Source: Watersipora subatra (Eukaryota). From it: a stretch of 64,000 nucleotides of DNA. A program made the translations under genes and the position numbers. The stretch spans positions 58,018,749 through 58,082,748 of the forward strand of contig NC_088717.1 of NCBI RefSeq assembly GCF_963576615.1, written 5' to 3'. Below are positions 1-9,614 of this stretch, one piece after another. Under the pieces are notes generated by a model. The model saw only the letters and a program-made list of their open reading frames with translations, was not told the DNA's origin and made no database searches. The stretch's first letter is position 1, and every line of letters begins with the position of its first letter.

Positions 1-256
1 TATTTCCATATTATTTCCATTTCCATAATATTTCCATAATTCCTTTCCATATTATTTCCATTTCCATAACATTTCCATATTTTTTCCATTTCCATAACAT
101 TTCCATAATTCATTTCCATATTTTTTCCATTTATATAACATTTCCATATTTCTAAAATAAAATTTCCATATCCAATTCCATAAAAATTATGGAAATATTT
201 ATGTTTATGGAAATGGAAAAGTAAACATTTCCATAAAATGTTTAGCGATCCCTGGT
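1..256. repeat. Copy A of a satellite-like array with degenerate 8-10 bp units (TTTCCATA / CATTTCCATA), followed by a unique tail ending in gtttagcgatccctg.
   Basis: Direct reading shows TTTCCATA-type units repeated more than 25 times. The last ~120 bp, including the tail, recur almost identically at 1215..1336. Confidence 0.8.
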
Positions 257-424
257 GTGTACGTATGTGTGCGCGCTTGCGTGTCAAATGAGCGTGTGTA
301 TGTGTGCAATCGTCAACTCTTCCCGAATATGTGATTAATTTATACATAATATGAATATGATATTTGCTTGCTAATATACTTTATTTAGGGTCCAGGCAAC
401 ATCAAAACTGTATGCTACCATTGC

Positions 425-780
425 CTATAACTAAGCCAGAGACGATTTGAGATGTTTTGAGAGTTTCTTTCAGACTCCCTTAATAGTTTCTGTAAGACCA
501 CTGATGTTAGCTGGGTTTGTGTGTTACCATTGTCCGTACATGTAGCCAAGTCCAGAGACAATTTGAGTTAATTTCTTCCAGACCACTTTAATAGTTTCTG
601 TAATACCATGGATGTTAGCTGGGTTTGTGTGTTACCATTGTCTATACATGTAGCCGAGCAAGAGACAATTTGAGTTAGTTTCTTCCAGACCCCTTTAATA
701 GTTTCTGTAATACCACTGATGTTAGCTGTTTGTGTATTACCATTGTCTATTCATGTAGCCTAGTCTATACAATATAACTC
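425..780. repeat. Tandem repeat of about 3.4 copies with a unit of roughly 110-120 bp.
   Basis: The string tagtttctgtaa(t/g)acca(c/t)(t/g)gatgttagctgggtttgtgtgttaccattgtc...agagacaatttgagtta recurs at about 471, 581 and 690. It lies between the two TTTCCATA blocks. Confidence 0.8.
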
Positions 781-814
781 CCCTCTGTTTATATCTTGGA
801 TTACGTGTATGTTA

Positions 815-1336
815 CAATTTCCATAATTCAATTCTATATTATTTCCATTTCCATAAAATTTCCATAATTCATTTCCATAATTTCCATATTATTTCCATTT
901 CCACACCCTTTCCATAATTTATTTCCATATTATTTCCATTTCCATAATATTTCCATAATTCATTTCCATACTATTTCCATTTCCATAAGTCATTTCCATA
1001 TTTTTTTCCATTTCCATAACATTTCCATAATTTATTTCCATATTATTTCCATTTTCATAACATTTCCATAATTCATTTCCATAGTTTTTTCCATTTCCAT
1101 AACATTTCCATAATTTATTTCCATATTATTTCCGTTTCCATAACATTTCCATAATTCATTTCCATATTTTTTCCATTTCCATAACATTTCCATAATTCAT
1201 TTCCATATTATTTCCATTTCCATAACATTTCCATATTTCTAAAATAAAATTTCCATATCCATTTCCATAAAATTATGGAAATATTTATGTTTATGGATAT
1301 GGAAAAGTAAACATTTCCATAATATGTTTAGCGATC
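815..1336. repeat. Copy B of the TTTCCATA satellite-like array, with the same unique tail as copy A.
   Basis: Same unit structure as 1..256. Positions 1215..1336 are near-identical to 120..256, including the tail atttccataaaattatggaaatatttatgtttatgga.atggaaaagtaaacatttccataa.atgtttagcgatccctg. Confidence 0.8.
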
Positions 1337-1501
1337 CCTGCTATTATCACTCTTTTCTATCTCTGTTACACCCCACTACAAACATGAGGTCACACGCTAT
1401 GAGGTCACAACCATGGAACAAACATGCTTGTCACCTCAGATGCAATGGCTACAAGCAAGAGCCACATTTTACTTTTCTGTTTAGAGTTGCGATACACTCA
1501 C

Positions 1502-1676
1502 CGTATGCATAGTAACTGGCATTAGCATAACAGCCATCCAATTTAAGCATGTCCACTCCCCAGTCAGCGAATGTCTGCGCATCTGTTTCAAGGTTTGCAT
1601 AACTGCCAGGATAACCAGCACAGGTTTTTGTGCCAATGTCTTCATAAATACCAAACTTGAGTCCTAAATTATGTAT
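1502..1676 (-). CDS. NAGA: Exon 3 within the window of a GH27 alpha-N-acetylgalactosaminidase / alpha-galactosidase (NAGA-like) gene. It encodes [58 protein letters not shown](G).
   Basis: The minus-strand translation aligns with the human GLA/NAGA segment LGLKLGIYAD.GN.TC.GYPG....[16 protein letters not shown]. The acceptor is ttttttgacag|ATACAT. The donor is TAC G|GTGAGT, in phase 1. The gene continues 5'-to-3' beyond the window start. Confidence 0.85.
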
Positions 1677-2304
1677 CTGTCAAAAAAGATTGAACAATTT
1701 CTAGCTACTCCGATCATGCAGTACGTTCCATCACCCCTAACGTTTTTTAGCCCACTGTACTCACCAAAAGATCTACTTCCTAAACCTCTTTCACAAAAAG
1801 TGGCTAGTGTGTAAGTTACTAAGTGTGTAAGTGACTAGTGCGTAAGTAATTAGTGTGTAGAGTAAATTAGAGAATGTGATTTCAACAAAAACAAACCAAA
1901 ATTCAAGCTTCATTAGAGTCTATAGTGAAGTTTGAGAAGTTTGCAAGACTTCTCAAACTTACTAAAAACATATGCTAATATTTTTTGGCAATTTAGTGCA
2001 CACTAACAATTACATATGAACAGGTTCGCGCAGGTTCGTGCGCGCACACACTACCAAACCATTATTGAGTTTATTCACGCATTCGTACCTTTGCAGTAAA
2101 GCACACTCTGATCATGTCACCAACAATGTCATAGAATTATTGTCCAGTAACAGTATGAAAAAGTAGAGTATTTTTGCACAATTGCAAAAATATTGTGTGA
2201 AACTCAGTTGCACAATAAACTGTGCAACTGAGTTCGACACACAAAGTTCTTCATGAGTCCAGAAAAGACAGACATCTTTAAAAAGAAATTGGATGACTGC
2301 TTAC

Positions 2305-2479
2305 ATATGCAGCTAGGGCAGCGATGCCACTTGGAAATCGGGCAGCATCTGGCTGAAGTTTGCCGTTACTATCGCGCTCTTTTGCTAGCCAGCAGTCATC
2401 TATGCTGACATATTGATAGCCGGCATCCTTATAGCCACCTTGTACTATCTTGTCAGCCATTGCTTTTATCAGTTTTTCG
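2305..2479 (-). CDS. NAGA: NAGA-like exon 2. It encodes (S)EKLIKAMADKIVQGGYKDAGYQYVSIDDCWLAKERDSNGKLQPDAARFPSGIAALAAY.
   Basis: The translation matches the GH27 motif region E.LF.EMA......GW.D.GY.Y..IDDCW...RD..GRL..DP.RFP.GI..LA.YVHS, which contains the catalytic IDDCW block. It is part of the ORF-track ORF 2278..2499. The acceptor is ttatgtttcag| and the donor is TAT|GTAAGC. Confidence 0.88.
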
Positions 2480-3139
2480 CTGAAACATAATGGAGACAAA
2501 TCTATTGTGGTTGTATGTGAAATGTGTCATTTTTATAATACTTCCTTTCATTTAAATAGTTGAAATGAAATGTTTGGCACACTGTGAAATTTTGGTAGAT
2601 ATATAGCTGACACCAACTCAAACGCCAACAATGCATGAACCATAATCTGGCATTTACAACAAGTCATGCAAGCATAAAAGGTGGCAGCAAAGCAACAACA
2701 CAATGTAGCAGATGAATTCATTCACGTAGCAAATAACTCCATGTATAAATGAATTCAAAATGTTGATTTGTATTTTGTATGGATATGCAGCTGCTACTAG
2801 CTAACAGTCAATGATTCTCGGAGTCCTTTTTATTTAGGGTGCTTGAAAGGCCATAACTAAACTACATTTGTCATACATTCCGTATATGGCACAACAAAAA
2901 CAGTCTGTGTTGTAGCTGATTGACGTGTATTTGTGAACGTAACAAGGAAGATTTTCTCTCACTATATGAAATTTCACTAATCTTACACAATACTATTAAT
3001 ATCACAAGTATTTATCTAGTAAAGTAGAATTCTATTCGTACAATAACCTTTCAATTTTACAAAACAGAAATCGGAGGCAAATCATGCGATTGAAAAAGTT
3101 GGTCTATGTAAGCAGCCTAATCATTTTAAAAATGATTAC

Positions 3140-3297
3140 CTGATGCAATTGTCGGGATCATTGAGACAATCTGTGTTACAACGAAATCTTTCCCACGCCA
3201 TCCAGCCCATAGGAGGGGTGAGTGCCAAACCATTGTCAAGTGAGAAAGTTGGTTTAGAAAGAGCAAGCAAAAGCAGTGGCATCAAACGTAACACCAT
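3140..3297 (-). CDS. NAGA: NAGA-like exon 1 with the start codon. It encodes [52 protein letters not shown](S).
   Basis: ATG is at 3297..3295 on the minus strand. A hydrophobic signal peptide is followed by LDNGLA.TPPMGW..WERFRCN..C...P.NCIS, which is near-identical to human NAGA residues 18-60. The donor is CATCAG|GTAATC. Confidence 0.88.
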
Positions 3298-5159
3298 TTT
3301 ATTCAGAGTCTAAATAGTAAATAAGCAATAAACATAAGCAACATTTTTTTGTATAGCAATGTTATATGACGACTAAAAACACAATCACGCAAGCAACGTT
3401 TCAAATAAGTGATCAAATACCTAACCGAGTTTAAACAGTTATAAAGCAAACAATTAAAATATATTATCAAACTAAACACCTACAAAATATCTACGGTTAC
3501 AGTTTATCACATCAGAGGAAAAAATCAAATGGGTTTTATATGAAACATAACGTATGCTTGACAATATCGGTGATGTTGCCAAAAAAGAACAAATATGCAA
3601 AAACCGCACAAACACATATACTGGTATTATTCATTTTGTTCAAAAAGAAAACCGACACCAGAGTAAATACATGAGTTCAAGGGGAGGCGCATCTGTCAAC
3701 AACATGGCACAATTTGAACGAACTCGGACACGCCTACAATCAAGTGAATAAACACCAAATATTGTATCACACAAAATGCTTTAAAATTTTATTACGTCTA
3801 GCGCACGTCAAGGGGTTTAGTCATAGATATATAAACCTATATATCTATGGGTTTATCTGTCTATGGGTTTAGTTAAGTCATACCAACGTAAACATGAAGA
3901 AAACTACCATTACCAAACCATTACATAAAGTGCGATAAAACAGCTTCACGATACATGTATATTTGTATATTAATGTATATTTGCAAAATTTAGAGCCTAT
4001 AATAAATGCTTATTATGCTTATATGTCCGCTAACGATGATGAGCTTCATCGTGTAAGAGTTATCGCATCCCTCTGGCTGGTACACGACACCGAACATCAA
4101 TAGGTTGGAAGAGAAGAATACGTGTACATGTACATATTGCGCATGTAGTTGTTAACGTAAAAAGCGGGAGTCATCTTTCTTTTTCAAAAAAGGCATATAA
4201 CTTCTATACGCAAATACTTGATGGAAATGATGTTAGCTATAACTGGCCATAACTAAAAATAACTGCACAAGGTAGGCGAAGGCTAGTAATGCTGGTTAAT
4301 TCCTAGACTAGTTTAGTACCTAATCAATGCACGATATGATTCCAAGGTTTCATGTCGTATTGGAGAGCCTCCAAGCTTCTCTAATACAAAAACATGATAT
4401 TATACAGTACTACCCAATGATATTTTCCAGTAGGTTCTGGTAGGGGTCTGGCTCTCAACAATCTGAGAGCAATCTGTCTATCTTTCAACAATTTGAGAAA
4501 AAAGCCACGAACCTTTCTGAATTTTCTAAGCCGTGACAAATACTGATTAATAAGGTTCTTCATTTTTTTAACTTCGTCTGGACTTTCGCCATATAAGCAT
4601 TATGCTCCAGCTTATATGCATGCAACTCACTGGTAGTCTGCAGTTCCGATAGTGTATTGGTTTTCAAAATATACACCTGAACACTCAGCATGGCTCGCAG
4701 TAAACATCTTACATAACTACTAGAAACCTATCATTATCTTATCTTATTATCTTTACATCACAAGAGAATCAACTATCATAAGCAACCTTGTAAACGCTAT
4801 AGGATGTGAGCATATATAAACATATATTGAATTAAATTTTGGTCGTGGGTGACCCCACCCACGACCAGGTTTCCGGCTTTTCAAGCAAATCCAGGTTTCT
4901 AGCAGCAACACTAGAAATAGCTTGACAACTTTTCATTTATTCGAAAAGATATAAAGTCAAAATATGACACCAAAACATTGGCATATAAAATAAATAATTA
5001 GCTGTGTTTTAATGTGTTGCCGTCAATAACGGCTCTGGAGTTTAGCAGACATTTGGTAGGTCACAGTGACAGAATAGGGTACAATGCAAGGCAAAAATGT
5101 TTAATTAAAGCAGCATGTCATATGTGTTTGATGAATATGTAACGGGCGTTATGTGCACT

Positions 5160-5269
5160 TTACGCTTTCTCCTCAATAAGACCCTCTGCGATGAACATGG
5201 CAAAAGGAGTAATCTCATCATCTCTAAAGTCAACCAAAACTTGCATGCCATCAGGATCCATTTTCTCTC
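5160..5269 (-). CDS. tpt1: Last coding exon of TCTP (tpt1), including the TAA stop. It encodes (G)EKMDPDGMQVLVDFRDDEITPFAMFIAEGLIEEKA*.
   Basis: The translation matches the TCTP C-terminus [36 protein letters not shown]. The acceptor is gttttttgtag|GAGAG. The plus-strand ORF 5115..5339 in the track is the spurious opposite-strand reading. An AATTAAA-like poly(A) signal lies about 45 nt downstream on the minus strand. Confidence 0.9.
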
Positions 5270-7006
5270 CTACAAAAAACCAAAGTGGAGGAGAAAAGGC
5301 CACCAAAGAACTTGCAGATATTATCCTGAGATAATTTAGTATATACTGTCACTTCCACTTTGCAGTAAATTATTATTTAATAAACACTTGTGTACCCACA
5401 CTTATTTATTCTCTGACTTACCTACGCCATCAACAGCATATATGTTATTACGTATTTAGCAAGACTGGAGAATGACACTTTGAGTTACTGTATTTCTTTA
5501 ATGCAGTTTCATTAGATTGCCAAATGTCATCTTTAAAGACCTGATGATTTATAGGGACAAATGATCAGACTTGTTCAATTTTGTTTTCAGATCCTGGGAC
5601 TGCCAGTCGTGCTGCACGATAAAACGACATTGCACGATAAGTGTCGATTTTGTGTGGGACGATATCATTTTTGGGCATTTTATAGGTCAATTCTGTAATG
5701 GGGTATATCGACGTTTTCGATGTCAAAACAATAAATATCTGTGTTTAATTGGCAAAACAAACATCGATTATTGCTGGCTTTCGTGACTCAATATCGGCAC
5801 AGCACTAATTCCTGAAAACTTATTTGCGAGCCCGCGGATCTCCTTATCTTTGCGAATCCTCTAGAAACAGATCGGCGAAGTAGAACAAAAGTTTCATAAA
5901 TGTTAGTGAGAAAAGACAACTCCTAATTCTTTTTGTATTTGGACACACTTATCACTCTTGTATTTGTTTTTTTGTGAAACCTCGCAATAATCTATATTGA
6001 GAGTGCATAACTCTAAAGTTTCGATACTGAACGATATCAATAGATTACAGGGCCAATATATCATTTTGGCATGTGGTGTCATATCGCACAGCACTAACTG
6101 CTAGTAGCACGAGTTGACTCGATATGTCGCCAAGGCGTTTGAAAGAGAAAACATTGAATTTATTGCAGAGTGTATTCAATGACTTGACGCATTTTCAATG
6201 AAGTGCTATATTATCAATTGTATATTGATAGCAATCGTGCTATTTATTCAAGGTGTTTTAATGAAGTGTTCACCATATGATATAATGCATATGATACCAA
6301 ATACATGGAAATACAAAATGTAATTTTACTGCAGAGTTAACGGAAAAGTTGCAAGCCTATTTACTGTTTTTTTATTCAAATTATAATCAAAACCATGTGA
6401 TTGAAATCAGAATCCAAGTTTCCCTTTCATTATTTTTCGACTGATTAAAACTATTTTCAACGACAAAGTTTACCTCAATTATCTAAAACAAAAAGACTAA
6501 GCTATTGAATTAAGTTAAAAATATGATAGAAAACTAACACAGCACCCTTTTACTAAAATAGAAACTTGATGAGATTGTAACGAGTCATACCCAAGGCAAA
6601 TGTTCGTCGTTGCAACAGCCTACCAATAGCCATTGGCAACAAATCTATAACTGCACATCTTTAGGTAATAAATATGGAGACAGCCTTAGTTCAATTTTTA
6701 TAAACTAGCCAGGCATCACATTTCACTTACATTCTGACCAGTGTTGAAAGAATATCAAGGAACAATATCAAGTGACAGACAATTCTTAGTGTTTTTAAGG
6801 GACCTATTCATCAAAAGCTAAGAATAAATGCCACACAAACTTGTGTTGCCAACTATGTCACAATTTTATAATATAAACGAAATATCTAGTCAACCCGCTT
6901 ACCAAAATTATTTTCCGTATTGCAAAGTCTATATATCCTAAAAACTAGACTTTTTAAACATTTGAGTTCTTTGAAATCCTGCAAACATTAGGTGGTTTCA
7001 AATTAC

Positions 7007-7157
7007 CTGAAAACACTTCCATTTTGTCTATTCCCTTTTTAACCATGGACTTGACATGAGCAGACATATTGTCTTCAAACTTCTTCATATCTTCCTCAGA
7101 TCGTCCATTCTCCTTCATTTTGCCTTTGACAGCTTTGAGATAAGGCTTAATATGAGC
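7007..7157 (-). CDS. tpt1: TCTP exon 3. It encodes AHIKPYLKAVKGKMKENGRSEEDMKKFEDNMSAHVKSMVKKGIDKMEVFS(G).
   Basis: It aligns with human TCTP [51 protein letters not shown]. The acceptor is catctttgcag|GCTCAT. The donor is TCA G|GTAATT, in phase 1. Confidence 0.9.
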
Positions 7158-8663
7158 CTGCAAAGATGATGAGATACAAAAACCTAAAAATCCATAAACT
7201 GCTCCTTGTAGGACAGAAAAGGGACACAATAATTGCCATGTAGCTACCACATGTATTTAGACCCGCTGACTATCGCTACTTCAGTAGATGATTCTTAAGT
7301 GACATTACTTTAACATACAGATATTCTTATAACCATAATGTGACATAAATGTACAATAACTTTGAAAAATATTTGACATCATAAGCCCACTTGAACTAAA
7401 AGTCAGCAACAAAAGGTTTAATCCATAACTCCTGAACAAGTGGTCAGAGCACTTACGAGGTTAATAAATAAAAACTAGGTAATTTCAACGCAATAGTTGT
7501 CTGAAAAATGTAATATAACGTGCAAAATCTGCAAAAAGATAACATCTTTTCAACTTTCTCACTACACTATCATTTTTTAGACACGTAGTAATTATGAAAG
7601 TAGAACTTTCGAGCATCTTGTACTAATAATTCAATCTAAAATGTTTTGAATTTGTGGAAGGACAAATCGGTTAGAGACATTTTAGCACTAACCCGCTGGT
7701 TTTGACAAGTTAGTAAGTAATCAAGATCATGTAACTTTTGGGCAGATACACTTTCTTACACTGACTAGAAGACATGCATGTTAGGAGCAAACTGAAAACT
7801 TGAGATTTAGATCATGCACATACAGAAATAAACCTAAGGAAGAAAATTCAGAACCTGCTGATTGCCTCAGAACCGGCCTGATTAGAGCAGCACATAGCAC
7901 AAGTTAAAATAATAATAAAATAACAATAGGTATGTTTCCTACTAAAAACATTAAGATTATTTAGGGTTCTATAACATCAAATTATGACTATAAGTAACAT
8001 GGCAAAAATGTGTAGAACAAACCCAAGTACACAACAGCCAACATTTTACTTTTGAATTCATTGCTTAACATGAGCCAATACCGACAGACTTTTCAATGTT
8101 GTATATCTTGTTCAAGGGAACAACGAGTAATGTAAACGCCAAGCTGCATATGCGATGAACTCTTACTAATTTAAACTAATAGATGTAGCGCAAGTAAAAC
8201 TGCATATTTCCATCGCTCATTCTACTGCCAAATATAGGCAACAGTAACGGCTCCTAATTGATTTAAAGGTTTTTTTACTAAGGAATCAACAGATGTAATT
8301 CATGTTCGGCGACTTGATATGAAAGCACTGTCATAGCAATGACATGTACACTCATTTATAATGAAAGGCCATGGAAAATTTTCTATCTATCCATTGACTG
8401 CTGCTGTTTAGCAGCATCAAATGGAGCCTCCATGATTTTACTACGAGGAGCTAGCCAAAATTATCGCCACAACAAAGATTCTTGACATGAAAATAAGACT
8501 GTTTACTACAAGAATTGTGGCAGCGAAGCCAGCGCTAGCACAATCTGTAGAATGAAACCAAAATTTCCCAGCAATCAATAAACAAAGTAGGGTTTTGTGA
8601 TAATCCCATTACAACTTAGTTAAACGATGGCACGAGTTAAGAATCTTTATAACCAAGACATAC

Positions 8664-8893
8664 CATAAAACCTTTTTTGTCGAATGGTGGCTGCTCAGCA
8701 AGCCGATTCTGAATTACAACGTCGTATCCTTTCTTCTCAGCTGACTCAACTCCCTCGGAAGCCTCCTCTGCACTTGCATTTCCACCAATGAGTGACTCAT
8801 CTATTTCAGTGCTTTCACTCACCATCTTGCAATTGACTTCAATAATTCCATCCCGCCGAATAATATTGAATGAATCCGTGAACAACTCATCGC
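8664..8893 (-). CDS. tpt1: TCTP exon 2. It encodes (T/G)DELFTDSFNIIRRDGIIEVNCKMVSESTEIDESLIGGNASAEEASEGVESAEKKGYDVVIQNRLAEQPPFDKKGFM.
   Basis: It contains the TCTP signature IGGNASAE and aligns with human residues 11-98. The acceptor is ttgtgttattag|GCGATG. The donor is TTT ATG|GTATGT, in phase 0. Confidence 0.9.
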
Positions 8894-9181
8894 CTAATAA
8901 CACAAAACATCGACACTAAATCATTATAGCTAACTTCAGTTTGAAAACATGAAATATCAACTCGAACCAGCTTTGAAGAGAATAAATGGCAAATACATTT
9001 AATTAACAAATGAATAGGAAACCAACAATGTTGCTTTAACAATCTTCTTGTAATTTCGATGGTGAGAAATTGCAGAGGTCAAAATATTTTGACTGTGCCT
9101 GGTATAAATAAAAACCAGGTATTCCCACAAATGGTCCAGTAAAGTTGCTTAGGTTTTTAATAAACTTTCAAGTTTACTAAC

Positions 9182-9209
9182 CTGTAATGATGTCCTTGAA
9201 TATTATCAT
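9182..9209 (-). CDS. tpt1: TCTP exon 1 with the start codon. It encodes MIIFKDIIT(G).
   Basis: ATG is at 9209..9207 on the minus strand. MIIFKDIIT corresponds to human MIIYRDLIS. The donor is ACA G|GTTAGT. The assembled protein is 172 aa, the same length as human TCTP. Confidence 0.88.
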
Positions 9210-9551
9210 TTTTAATGGATTTGCCCAGCTTCTTTTCAACGGGGAAAGAAAGTGGCACTGTACCCACTGTGACACATAAAGGAAAGACTCCGTAGTCCTA
9301 CTTAGTGTACCATGAGTAACAATCGGATTTACATAGTCTCAAGAATAATTCTCATGCTGTACAATTATTGCTACATGTCTATGGTTGACACTCATCTTGT
9401 TTGACGAATAGTCGATCTCTTGTTCGTGGAGATAATAAGTGAACAGCTAGCTTACTTCGGAGACCCGACAATCGCCCCGAGCAGTTTCCTACTGATCTTG
9501 TCTTGCGAAGAATGCAATAATAATAATTTTATGCGACAGTAGTTTTATAAC
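9210..9551. promoter_or_regulatory. Shared bidirectional promoter between the divergently transcribed TCTP (minus) and UBE2K (plus) genes.
   Basis: The two start codons are only ~340 bp apart on opposite strands. Upstream of TCTP, the minus strand carries oligopyrimidine tracts (cactttctttcccc, ctttccttt) compatible with a 5'-TOP start. A locally CpG-richer segment lies at 9410..9490 (cgaatagtcgatc...gacccgacaatcgccccgag). Confidence 0.55.
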
Positions 9552-9614
9552 ATGGCGAATATCGCTAGCCAAAGAATTCAAAGAGAATTTAAAGAAGTTA
9601 TCAAAAGTGAAGAG
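9552..9614 (+). CDS. ube2k: UBE2K (ubiquitin-conjugating enzyme E2 K) exon 1. It encodes MANIASQRIQREFKEVIKSEE.
   Basis: It is almost identical to human UBE2K MANIAVQRIKREFKEVLKSEE. The donor is GAG|GTTTGT. Confidence 0.92.

Noticed and set aside
1324-1512. 62-aa plus ORF adjacent to NAGA exon 3.
   Set aside because: It lies within the NAGA intron/exon on the opposite strand and shows no homology. The minus-strand search of 1340..1500 for the next NAGA exon (expected ~GYKHMSLALN...) also found nothing, so that exon must lie beyond the window start.
5115-5339. Plus-strand 74-aa ORF in the six-frame track.
   Set aside because: The opposite (minus) strand of the same interval encodes the unmistakable TCTP C-terminal exon (...MDPDGMQVLVDFRDDEITPFAMFIAEGLIEEKA*) with a proper acceptor, so the plus-strand ORF is a shadow reading.
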